DNA from: Takakia lepidozioides
Lineage: Eukaryota > Plantae > Bryophyta
Length of the DNA stretch: 64,000 nucleotides
Direction of reading: 5' to 3'
Assembly: GCA_030704615.1 (NCBI GenBank)
Contig: CM060732.1
Span: 46,810,001 to 46,874,000, forward strand
Both the position numbers and the translations under genes were made by a program. A model generated the notes under the pieces. The model was given only the letters and a program-made list of their open reading frames with translations. It was not told the origin of the DNA and searched no databases. Shown in pieces: positions 26,030 through 37,681 of the stretch (positions within the stretch are counted from its first letter, which is position 1; each line of letters opens with the position of its first letter).

Positions 26030-26455
26030 ACTGAGGTGAGTGGGCGGGCTGGTGATCAGAAGCGCAAATTGTCGGACATGCTTGGACCTCCGTGGAACAA
26101 AGAGGACCTGGAGCTCTTCTATCAAACATTTCGGAAATATGGCAGAGACTAGAAAAAGGTATCTTATGACCACAATTGACTTGTTGAGATTGTTTTCTGG
26201 TTGTACCAAAATCTCTTGTCATCTTGACTGCTTTTTGCAGCAACAAATGAAGCAAGCAGCAAATTGTCTTTGTAGGTCCATCTATATCAGGTTGACACTG
26301 GAATTTCAATGCATGTTGTTTGTGAGGCATAAGCAATTGTCCTATTTGTTGATCCATCCCGCTGTGTGATAGTCCCTGATTTCACGCAGCAGAGAATGTC
26401 TCTCAGATTAGGGGGCTGCAGTAGACACTCTATGATATTTGTACATGGACAAGGT
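26030..26455 (+). pseudogene. ALY: ALWAYS EARLY / LIN-9-like Myb(SANT) domain exon fragments
   Basis: [33 protein letters not shown]|gt matches the ALY N-terminal motif ([20 protein letters not shown]..YRKxGKxWKK); conserved W is a stop; degenerate next exon ending MDK|gt near 26453. Confidence 0.75.
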
Positions 26456-26989
26456 CTTGCAGGATCACGAGTCTATTTTCCCACTATACAATTGATGGAT
26501 TAGCTTTTGTGGCTGTCAAATATTGTTGGGTAGATGGTCAACTGGAAACAGCAGTGGCAGTGGCACAAATGATAGAACAAGGCATTGCTAATGAAGGCAC
26601 CTTCTTCAACACATTGCACCCTGTTTTTCTCTCTTGTCAGAGTCGGCCCTAAATTTCCATGTTGAATTTTGCAAGTTAGCTGGTTGAGTGAATTTGGTTT
26701 GGAGTGACTTTGACATGATACTGCCAATGTGATAACATGAAAGTATCCAAAAACAGTTAACAGAGAGAAGGTGTGGAATGAATACTTTGTTGACCCCAGT
26801 CAATGGTGGGACAACCGAGGCAAACAGTTGAATCCCTGTTAGATGACAGAGAGTAGCAGACGCAATTCAGCATAGGAACTAGTGTGATTGGGTGTTTCCT
26901 AGGTTATCATTGTCAGTTGCTAGCAGCAAGGGAAACGATGAATGCATGCTTTGTGCAGATGCATGGATAGCTGAAGGAGAAGGGATAGA

Positions 26990-28812
26990 GTGTGGGTCCA
27001 GATTCATCCAAGAGGGGCACAGTTGATAAAATCAGGCACCTCAACCATGACCACAGCCTCTGGAAGAGGATCAAGAGAGGGAGTCCACAATGCCTCTTCT
27101 GGCACTTCTGGGCATGTGAAGGTGCTTTGTGAGGCAGGCAGACTGAAAGAGGCTCTACAGACTTTAAACCAAGGAGCCATTTCAGCAGATTTAGAGCATT
27201 TTGAAGCAGATTCAAATACATATGTCTGTCTCTTGCATAAGTGCATCAAGATGAAAGGCCTTGAAGCTGGAAAGCAGGTGCACACTCACATTATCCAAAG
27301 TGGATTCACGCCAAATGTTTTTCTACTCAACACCCTTGTCAACATGTATGTTAAGTGCGGGAGAATCATGGATGCTCACCAAGTGTTCATCAATCTTTGA
27401 TCACGTGGAATATAATGTTGGCAGGATTTACCAAGCGTGGGTGCATTAAGGATGCGAAGGGAGTTTTCAACACTATGACTGAACGAGATGTGGTGTCATA
27501 TCCACAACAGGGACGTGGTAGGGAGGCTTTGGAGACCTGTGATCAAATGATGGGGGAAGGGGTGAAGCCCGACCACATCACGTTTCTGTGCATTTGCAAT
27601 GCGTGTGCAAGCCTGGCAACTCTGGAAAAAGGTAAAGAGGTGCATGGTTGCATCACCAAAGCTGGAATTGTACCAGATGTGATTCTGAACAATACCCTCG
27701 TGGACATACATACCAAATGTGGGAGCACTGAGGATGCGGTGGGAGTGTTCAAAAATATGGCTGAACGAGATTTGGTGTCGTGGAATGCGATGCTTGCAGG
27801 ATCTACACAGCAGGGGCGCAGGACGGAGGCCTTGGAAACCTATGAGCAAATGATAGGAGAAGGGGTGAAGTGCAACCACATCACGTTTGTGTGCGTTTGT
27901 AATGCTTGTGCAAGCCTGGCAGCCCTAGAAAATGGCAAAGAAGTCCATGGTGACAATCATCAAAGCTGGAATTGTACCACATGTCATTCTGGACACTGCC
28001 CTGATGGATATGTATGCGAAATGTGGGTGCATTGAGGATACAAAGGGAGTATTTGACAATATGGCTGAACGAAATGTGGTGTCATGGAATGCGATGATCG
28101 CAGGATATGCCCAGCATGGTTGTCATACGGAGGTCCTGCAACTATTTGAAGGAATGGAAAAGAACGGCTTGAAGCCAAACAATATCACCTTTATATGTGT
28201 TCTCTCTGCATGCAGCCACACTGGCCTACTCAATGAAGGAAGACGCCACTTCGATTCCCTGAGTCAAGATCATGGTGTCACTCCGACAGTAAAGCACTTT
28301 GGCTGCATGGTGGACCTTCTTGGACGTGCAGGACAACTGGATGAGACAGTGGACCTGATTAATAAAATGCCAATCAATCCAGATGTTGTGGTGTGGAAGG
28401 CCTTGCTTGGTGCCTGCAGCATCCATAGCAATGTGGAGATGGCTGAACATGCAGCAACATCTATCCTCAAGTGGAATGAATAGGATGCAATATGTGTTGC
28501 TATGAAACATCTATGCTGCAGCTGGCAGGTGGGATCATACTACAAAGGTGATAAGAATGATGAAGGTCAGAGGGTTTAGAAAGTAGCCACGTCGTCGCTG
28601 CATTGAGGTTGGCAACATGGTGCACACGTTTGTCGTAGATGACAAGTTGCATCCCAGAATTATGGAAATCCATGCTGAGCTGAGAAGATTGTCTGGGCAG
28701 ATGAATGAGGCAGGGTATGTGCCTGACACGTGCTTTGTATTGCATGATGTGGGGGAGGAGGAAATGAATTTTCTCTTTGCCACCACAGTGAGAAGCTGGC
28801 CATTGGTTTTCA
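26990..28812 (+). pseudogene. PLS-class PPR gene with E/E+ and truncated DYW deaminase domain
   Basis: Repeated LVDMYAKCG..A..VFD.M..RDVVSWNAM; HFGCMVDLLGRAG; VWKALLGACSIH; VHTFVVDDKLHP..GYVPDT..HHSEKLAIGF then truncated; in-frame stops (28481, ~28584) and frameshifts. Confidence 0.9.
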
Positions 28813-29165
28813 CAGACCAATCCAGGATCACCAGACTATAGACATAAGCAGCACACGCATGAGGTCCTTTGGATTGAGAGTTGGTTGAATCCTCCTTGGG
28901 TGAAAGAAAAGCTAGCTGCTTTCATGAGACAAGATCAAAGACAACTGGTGCGGGCATTTTCTTCTTCAACCATTTAGTCTTGTTTTGTCCTCTTATCAGA
29001 TTCATTTCCAATTTTTCACTTTGTGTTTTTAGTTACCTCGTTGGGTGAATCTATGGTGGTTTGGATTTTTTGCACATATTACTGCCAATGGGATAATAGG
29101 CGCATTGAAAAAACTTTCTCACAAATTGTCAGCAATGCAGCACCAGAACTAGTGTGTGGTAAGTA

Positions 29166-29224
29166 CAGGGATGCCTCGGCGTGAGCCTGGTCACGTGAGC
29201 GCGTGAGCGCAACTGCGCTCACGC
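29166..29224. mobile_element. displaced terminus of transposon A
   Basis: CAGGGATGCCTCGGCGTGAGCCTGG resembles the copy-B terminus GGGGAATGCTTGCGCGTGAGCCTGG (30379); preceded by the 11-bp TSD; ends in hairpin GCGTGAGCGCA-AC-TGCGCTCACGC. Confidence 0.85.
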
Positions 29225-30278
29225 TAATTTTTACACAGACTGAGACCAACATGAGCCTTAGGGGTGACAACAACAGGCTTTAGGGGGGGAGATACACAGC
29301 CCAACACAGTCCATCACAGCCCGTCACAGCCCGTCACAGTCCAACACAGCCAGTCACAGCCAACACAACCCGTCACAGTCCCACAACCAGTCACAGTCAA
29401 CACAGCCCGTCACAGCCACATAGCCAGTCAGCCACCAGCCAACACCGTCGCACAGCCGATCACAGCCCGACATCGCACAGCCAGTCACAACCCGACACAG
29501 CCCGTCACAGCCCGACACAATCGCACAGCCAGTCACAGCTCGACACAGCCCGACACAGCCCAACACAGTCGCACAGCCAGTCACAGCTTGACACAGCTGT
29601 CACGACCATAGGGAACGGATAGCAGGACAGGGAACGACTGTGGGGAACAACATCTACGAATGGAACATGTTAGTTCACGGATGACGGTTAGTGAGGGAAA
29701 CGGTTAGAACAATGGATAAGAAGATAAAGCCAGGAGCGAGGACTGGAAAAGGATCATTTCTGGGGGAGAGGATCACATCTCGGGGGACTACTTCTTGGAG
29801 GACTTCTGGCATCACTGGGGGGAAATGAAGCGGAGAGCCCATCTCTGAGTAGAAAGGAGGGAGAGCACGGAGTAGGAGGAGAACGATCTATTGATGCTTG
29901 ATGAATGCAAGCAGTAGAGTTGTAATGTAGAGCAGATTAGAGACTCCATGGCTTCAGCCGGATACTTGATAGATATTAATCTGATACATACTTCATACTC
30001 ACCCTGTGTAGAGAGATCTGAGTGAAGTTGTGGATTGAATGGATGAGTTGATGGAATCCGATAGATTGCTGAAGCAATCTGGTACTTAAATACCAACAGT
30101 AAGGTAACTAGCTAACATGAATACGGGAAGGAACACAAATAGAAAACACCTCCATGATACACTAGCTGTAGGTCATGACTGATTGTTCTGAGCGGGCTGA
30201 GCTAGAGATTCCAACTCTTCTATCTTGGAGTTCCCACCTCGGATAGCGAAGGGATGGGTGAGTAAAAGCCGCGCGACA
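29225..30278 (+). repeat. remainder of the 5' LTR of Gypsy element C
   Basis: TAATTTTTACACAGACTGAGACCAAC.. matches 3' LTR 63897-64000; right end inferred from ..GACA followed by PBS-like TGACGACCATACTGGGGA (30281-30298, resembles tRNA-Arg-type PBS). Confidence 0.75.
29298..29605 (+). repeat. ~10-bp tandem repeat (CACAGCCCGT-like) within LTR C
   Basis: Repeated CACAGCC units; related array at 59340-59545. Confidence 0.85.
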
Positions 30279-32892
30279 TTTGACGACCATACTGGGGAAC
30301 TGGGTCATGAACAACCAGATGTGACAGGCATCTGGTGGGATCATGGTTGTTGGAGAATTAAAGAATTTGATGTGAATCGGGGAATGCTTGCGCGTGAGCC
30401 TGGCTAGGCTCACGCCACGTCAGCAAGCATCCACGCCCTAATTCCGTGCTCCCCCCCCCCTATTACCGCGGTTCCGTGCTCTCACCCCTATTACCGTGCT
30501 CCCCCCCCCTTTTACCTATGTCCGTGCTTCCCCCCCCCCCTATGTCCTAATTTTTTATCCCTCTTTACTGCCCCCACATGAATATTCCTTGTGGCCGAGA
30601 ACAATGGCAGGTTTGCGGATGAATTTTGTGGGAGATCCTGACTTTGGAATGAGGAGATCGCCCACTACAGAACTGAATCTGAAAAGAAAAAATGATATTG
30701 GAGGTTTCAGAGGAACCACTGCCAGAGTTAATAGCAATATCATCTATGAATACAGCAGCACATACATGACGTTTTTTTTTTCCACGACCTTTATGGAGAT
30801 GCGAATACAGTGTTTGTTCGGATAACACCCGTGCGCAAGCTTCCGCGTAACCGGCAAGCGGTTGGATCTAGGGGGACTCGGGACATGTAGTATCCTTGGA
30901 ATCCGAAAGGTGTCTGCTGATTCAATGACTGGTGCAGAACTCTGGAAAGGAACAAGAGAAATGGTGGCAGATGTTAACATCCAGATATAGACAATGTTAC
31001 GCAATTTTTTCGAACGGGAACGACACAAGGAAATGCCACATATTTTGAACGACTACAGAAGAACTTACTCACACTCAAAATCGGAGTCCACGTCCAGATC
31101 CTCGTCAGGCGCTTCGGGCTCCTCCAGAAGTCCCTCTGTGGATGGGTAGAAGTAGTGTCCGACTCAAGCTGACGAAGCTCGCTCGAGAAGAGCTCCGTAT
31201 CAGCTTCCATGCCGAAGAAGTGCCTTCCGGCGCTCTTGCAAGCATGAAAACATGCTCCTGCAATCCAAGAAGAACGAGAAATAAAAACAGGGTTTCCCTA
31301 AGGTTACTGCCCATATGTCAATCACAATGTGAAGTGCCCCACCTGTGCCCATAGACAAGTCGACCACTCGTCCACCATGACGGCTGCATGTCTCCACCAC
31401 CAAAGTCTGCATGAAAGCTGGAGATTTCTCCCATGCACCTCTCCAAGGGACACCAATCGACCTTTTCATAGTTCGACCCGAGTCCACGTAATTGAAGAGA
31501 ACATCATCCTCCATAGCTCGCAGGTGGGGTCAATATGAGCTGCAAGGTCCCTCATCTGGAACTCAGCAACACCAGGAGGAAGAGTGTCCTTCCGCCTCAC
31601 CAGGCACAAAGCTTCGAACACCCGTGTCTGTCAACAATGAGGAAGAGAGCATGAGACAGAAGGCATAACCCAGCATTTTTATTTACCGAAAAAACAACGA
31701 AACATGAATTGAAAGGAACCAACTCACTTTCTGCCCCGGAACTCGCCCTTCGTAAGAGGCAGAGTATTGATGCATGTCCAAGTTTTGATGACACGAAACC
31801 GGAGGCTTTCATGTAGCTGAAAAGAGTTCTTCGGTGTCCTTTGACTGCATGAAGAAGAGCCCCCGAGTCCGAAAGGAATTGTTGAGACCCTGCCAAGCGA
31901 GAATCCGATTTGTTCCAAGTCGGGGTCGAATTGGAAGGGAACACATCAGGGACAGGATAACCGTCAGGAATGTCCAGCACCACAAGGTCAATCGCGTATG
32001 CCTGCTGAACTCCATTCACCCATTCCGGATTTTTTGTCACCTACAGGGAAAAACAGGAGACAGTGTAAGAAGCCCAATCCAAATCGAGCAGGAGATCAAT
32101 CCCCTGGAAAAGCCACAACAAGATGCCAAAACACAATTATTCATACAACAGTTTAGACACAAGTGTTTACCTGAGTGAGGAACGAAACAAGCATGTCCCA
32201 TGATTTCGAGGGCACCCCTTTGAATGTGGACTTCCTGGACTCCATCATTGCAAGAAACTTTCATTCAGCACCCTACGATTGAACTGGCCCAAAACCCTGG
32301 AGGGATGTTCTCTCGCCTCGTAAGGCTGCTCCCTCGACTTTGATGTTCTCCTATCCCTCTTGCGGGAGAAGGCTCTCTGACTGGAACCTCTGACGGTCCC
32401 TGTCCTTGCGGAGCTGCACTTTTCCCCTTCCCCTTAGGATCCCCGACAGTCTTCCCCTTTCGTTTTGGAGTGGCAGTTCTCTCGGGCTCTTTTGCAGCCA
32501 GAGTAGAAATGATTGTCCTTGTGTCTTTGTCTGCCAATGGGGCAATCGCTACGGCATTGTCGTTCAGGTTTCTCAAAACAACTTCATCGAATGGTGTGTC
32601 TTGTTTTGGCAGGTCGAGGTACCACCCACAGTCTCTGAAGTGCGCCCTGCTCCAGTCTCTGGCAATACCAGCCGTGTACATTGTCTTCTCATTGGAGGGG
32701 TCAGCCCATGAATAGATGAAGTCTGGGTCATCGCTAAGGTACTTTCCCGGTATGAGGATATGATACATATACCTGAATCAAACACCAAAAACCCAGATAG
32801 TCAGTCAATCGGAAAATGGAAAAGAACAGACATTCAGAAGAAGATATTGAAATAAAGGAAGGGAACACCTGGTAATCAACTTTTGCTGTCCA

Positions 32893-33518
32893 GAATCAAC
32901 CTTGCGTTGACGCAATGTTGATTCGAGCAGAAATGGGAAACACCTAGTGGTTACGTTGTATTGATAGAGACAACGACTGACAAGTGCAATACAACATTGC
33001 GTCAACGCAATGTTGTTTTCACTCACAGATGAAATGGGAAACAATGCCTGAAAACCACCATCTGACTATGTACTGCTATGGATATTCAACATTGCGTTGG
33101 CGCAATGTTGAATTCCTCTGTTGAAACAAACATCGATAATATATCTGATAATCGAAAGTCTCCTACAATTGCATGGAAGTTGGGGGATGCACAGGGACAT
33201 TTCCATCAATCCATACCGCCAAACAACCTTGCGTCAACGCAAGTCTGTTTGTTGGCATAGTGAAAGCTGAAAATAGCATTTGAATAGACTCCAAACATTG
33301 TTATGTTCAAGTTGGCAGAATTGGATCTGGATTTGAACTGCCCCAAACCAGAGGAAAAGGTACATAGTCTGCGTCTCATCAACATTGCGTTGACGCAAGG
33401 CTGATTTTCCTGTCCATTCACCCCCATTCACATGCAATAAAACGCCAGTATGGGATACCCAGATATAGGTAAGTGAAACCAGGACCATGGGAAACAACTT
33501 TGCGTCAACGCAATGTTG
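32893..33518. repeat. intronic array of palindromes CAAC(C/A)TTGCGTTGACGCAA(G/T)GTTG (copy B type)
   Basis: Copies at about 32893, 32991, 33084, 33221, 33378, 33495; intron equivalent to the one holding the copy-A array. Confidence 0.9.
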
Positions 33519-33756
33519 CTGGACAGCACATTCAGAGCCCCCAGAGATCCCTCAAAGCCACGCAAATTCGCAAATCTGAAAGTATGACAGAAGATTGCAG
33601 ATGCATGCCCTTCAAGTACCACAATTGAGTAAGGAGATCACACCTGTACAACACTCGTTTCATTGCTTGCTCGCTGTTCAGCTGGTTTTTGAACTCGTAC
33701 GATCTGGAGATTCCTTTGTCTTTTTCAAACTCCCTGAACACGAATATGTTTCCAAC

Positions 33757-34059
33757 TCCAGAGAGAGACCCGAAGACACAAGCAATAAAAGTTGTAAGCG
33801 ACTAGACATTCGACCAGTGGCTACACAAAGCCACATTTTGGAGCCAGGTAAGGTTACCACCAAACCATTTTCAGACATGTGTGTTGCTCCGTAATTCCGC
33901 TCTTAACCTCTCCAAAATTCTTACAAGCTTTCTTGTTGCAGTTAGAAAAACGTGCAGTGGCTGCACTTGCTGAGTCGATGGCAGACTACAAAATCAAGAT
34001 GGCTTGCCCCCGGATCACACTGGAGGCCTATATCAGGAGGTGGAAGCTCGCTGTCTGGA
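33757..34059 (+). other. ~300-bp inversion inside the copy-B ParB-MTase gene
   Basis: Segment reads FDQWLHKATFWSQ|gt..ag|LEKRAV..LEAYIRRWK on + while the rest of the gene is on -; bounded by TCCAGA / TCTGGA. Confidence 0.85.
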
Positions 34060-35327
34060 ACAATTGCTTGAGGATCCGAGTTCCATATCTCCAACCACCT
34101 GATTTTCGTTGCATTGTCCACCATTGAAATGGAAAGGCGATGTAGTTTCTCCTGAGTCATTTCTGGCTTGGAGCCAAACTTGTCATAGTGCACTTTCACC
34201 TGCTCCAGAAATTCTGTGCCAAGCCCTGGATCTGCTATCCTGATTTGTTTGTCGAATGCACTCATGAGGTTCTTCCTTTGATTATTCATCTCGAACTTCA
34301 TCGTGTCCTCAAGCCCAGATGCAGACCGCTGCTCTTCAGTGTGGGAATCATAGTACTCAGCTTTCGCCTTCAAGCCGGTTTCTGCTATTTCTTGCTGCAT
34401 ACATTGCAGGTAAAAAGAATGAAACACTGTCATTACTTGTGAGAAAATAGTAACAACAGGTAGTGTCAAGAAGCTTGCAGTGTCAAAAAGCAAGCAGTGT
34501 CAAGAAGCTTACAGTGTACATGTAGTCAAGGAAAGCCTCCCTTGTCAAGCTATACCATGTGCTTGTCTTCTTCTCAGCACACCTCTTCATCTGCTGTGGA
34601 CTAAGCACGTTCGTGAATGACTCCAGTGGCATCAGCCCTACCTTCTGGATGCGGAATAGAGTGTGGCACAGATTGGTGGTCACATGAGATGTTTCGTTGG
34701 ACCTGGAAAAACCGTCAACTCATAAGATGATTTCTAATTGTCGAAACGAGGAACAGACACAAAGATGGAGACTTTCTTGTTTATGTCGTGCATGGCTGTC
34801 AAGAGCTGCGTGACATGCCCTTTGTGATCCAGAACCATGGAAACCACGCTCCAGTGCCATTCGATGTCGTCCGAGTGCATGCTTGAAATGTAATCCATCC
34901 AGGCAAGCAGTCTGTGGTTCCCATCCCAGACAAAAAACATCTTCCCCATGAATGCTTTTGTGGAGGTCTTCTTCGACAGCTTGAACTCGAACTCCCTGTT
35001 CACATCCCGCCAGCATTCATCCCAACTTTGCTCAATGTCCTCTGTTACAAGACACTCCTCTCCTTTTGTGTTCATAGTGGATACATAGAACACTGCTGAT
35101 CCCTTCACATAGCCGTGAACAAAGTCGTTCTTCAACTTTGTTATATCGTTCCTCAATGCCGGTCGAACAGCGGGCATGGAGATCATCCTGCAAAGCGGAA
35201 TGACCAGGTTTCCGCCGGGAACCTCCATCGACAGAATCACCTTCGACGAGTTCACTTTTTGCCCACCCATTATCTCCTCGGCCTTGTCTTCATAGTGTCC
35301 CTCCAGTGACTCTTCATCACCTTCACC

Positions 35328-37658
35328 TGTAGTGTGAAAAGAAGGGGCGTGAATCCCCTTCTGTGCAAGTCTAGTTGTGCTCTTCCCTAGGTCAATCGGA
35401 GGGAAGGAAAGGAGCTCTCCCTCTCAGCTGATCCAACCATCGTCACTCGGTGTGGGTTTCCATCAGGTCCTTCGTGATCAGAGTTCGCACAATCATCCAC
35501 ATCCACGCCGCAGCGGAAGAGAAGACATGGATGGGGAGTCTGTATTGTTTTCACCCGTGGTTCTACTTCTACACGACATCCTTTCCCTGATACACTGCAC
35601 CAGCCATGTTACCATGCGGTCTTCAGTGATGCAACCAGCCCTACGTCAGTGATGACCACTGCCCTTGTGGGCAGCTCTCTTGGTCAACAATACGTGGAAT
35701 CCCCTTTGTAACAAGATCACGATTTGGAAGGCGGCAACGCAGATCTGCCATGAGTTTGCAGGCCCACCAGTTTGGCCCTTCATGGGTTCATGCTTTCTTT
35801 ATCTTACCTCCCCAATCATCCATTCCTCATCATAACCTCTTGCTGGTCAACTCTCTCCCTTGTGTCCTTTTCTCTCTCCCTCTCTCTTTCTTTCAGGATA
35901 AGTGGGTTCCTCACTCTTTCCACTGTAACATGCCTATGATGCAATGCAATGCGCATTCAGCCAAGCATCCAGTGCACCCAGCATTGAAATCAACCTTGGT
36001 CACACAAGATATAATCAGCCCTTTTATCAGTCCCTCTCTTGCCAATGACAGATGCTTCACACTCCACTTTTCCCAGGTATAACCATTGCCCAAGACAGCT
36101 CTCAACCCTTCAACAGGTCTCAATTTACACACCCTGACAGCTCTCTTTTTCCCATCAGCTGTGAACCTCAGTGGTTCATGGGCTGAGAGCACTCTGAGAA
36201 TCAGATCCAAACCCAAACAGATGCTGGTTTTTCTGCCCCATCCACATCATCCCTTCTTGTTGTTTCCAAACAGTTCTATCTAACCCTCTCTGGTTTCCTC
36301 TACCTACTAAGCTAGTTCCACATTGGCTGCAATGTGTCAACATCCCAGGCTAGATTTGTTTGTACAAGCTCATGACGTTGAAACAAGGAACAAGAATACA
36401 ACAACAGTAACCATTCTGTCCCAGCAACGAGTCTACCCTGTTTCCATTCATTTTCCTACTGTACAATGTAATAGCAGGTGCATCCATCTCCAGCCCATCC
36501 TGGTTTGAAGTCCAGTGTCTTCATTCCATTTACAAAGCTCTTTTTCTTCCTCACATGTCAGTGTCTCTTACTACATACAAGAGACAGTTCAAACTTCACA
36601 AAGCGATTTCTAAGCAACCAAAAACCAAAAGGGGGGCCTACACTCCTCGAACTTATCTGTCTTATACTCCTTGAAGTGGTGGGTCTGCCTGTCAAGAAGG
36701 CACCTTATCCTCTCCCTCGTCAGCCATCTCCGACGTTTCTTCTTATCGTGATTCCAGTCCTCATTAAGGCATGACGGCTCTGCTTCAGCTGCTGGCACAT
36801 CCTTGTGCCTGCCAACCTCTACCCTATCCTTCTACATGTGCATTTCCTCCCTATGAGGTGATCTGGTCCTACAGCCCTTAAGACAGAGAGCAGATACATA
36901 ACTTATTTATAGATAGCTTAAGCGCCATACACACCAGAAGGCGGCACCGCTTCCTCTTGCACAGAAAGCCAAGCCAGATCCCTCAACGTCACTCTTTAAG
37001 GCAAGCTGATTCCCTTACAAAGTGATCTGGTCCTACAGCTCAAAAACAGACAGCAGCTACAAGATTTGATCACTGACAACCTGAGGCGATAATACACACC
37101 AGCCTGCATTTCTCATCCCCCAACACCTGCTGAGCCACTCCATCTCCTCATTAATGTGCTCACAAATACCATGGCGACAGCAGTGGTGCACCGCCCTTAT
37201 CACAAACCCGATCCCTCAGGTTTGATCATTGCTTACGAAGAAGGCGGCACCGCTTCTTCTTGCACAGAAAGCCAAGCAGGAGTTCTTAACATTTCTCTTA
37301 AAAGCAAGCTGATACCCTTTGCGTAGGTGGAACCTTCTCAGATATCCTGTGCTGCCAACACCACTGCAGCAGCTGCGAAAAGATCCACGCACTCTTCCCC
37401 TTCGAATTTCACATCCCGCTTCTAGGGTTCAACATCATGGATGAAAATCATTCATCCTAGGGATGAAAAAAGGTGCATGTCATAACTTAGCCATATTTTG
37501 TTCTTGGCAGATAAATAGCATAGTCCTTCCATGGAATTACCTCAAGTTATGGTCAATTCCTCCCCTTCATTAGCACGAAGGGTACTCCCTTTGTAGTAGT
37601 GCCGAAACCTGATGCCAAACACAAACTTGAGATTTTTACTCCCTGCATTCACACTACA
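35328..37658 (-). repeat. 3' LTR of element D
   Basis: Near identical to 44238-46547. Confidence 0.95.
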
Positions 37659-37669
37659 TATGTAGTGTG

Positions 37670-37681
37670 TCTCCTTTTTTT
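37670..37681 (-). promoter_or_regulatory. polypurine tract of element D (AAAAAAAGGAGA), followed by an extra CACACTACA-TA before the LTR
   Basis: Revcomp of TCTCCTTTTTTT at 37670-37681. Confidence 0.8.

Larger units (their letters stand above)
30830..35327 (-). pseudogene. ParB-like + DNA amino-methyltransferase-like gene, copy B (3' part; 5' exons at 46548-47805)
   Basis: AVRPALRNDITKLKNDFVHGY..FFVWDGNHRLLAW (34734-35270); DLVVLDIPDGYPVP (31597-32040); PWRGAWEKSPAFMQ..VVDLSMGTG|ACFHACKSAGRHFFGMEAD (31514-31150); disrupted by Gypsy D, a small inversion and a stop. Confidence 0.82.

Noticed and set aside
2180-29165. Inversion of 2180-29165 by alternative transposition
   Set aside because: Undoing it would leave A's two termini abutting inside the LTR with no TSD; inverting 13155-29224 restores both A and the LTR in one step
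29264-29611. Q/P/T/V-rich ORF
   Set aside because: Translation of the decamer tandem repeat in the LTR
30111-30117. GCTAACA as the end of the 5' LTR of C (6-bp inverted match to TGTTAG)
   Set aside because: No PBS-like sequence follows, whereas 30278 is followed by one; it cannot be settled because the 3' LTR end is outside the window
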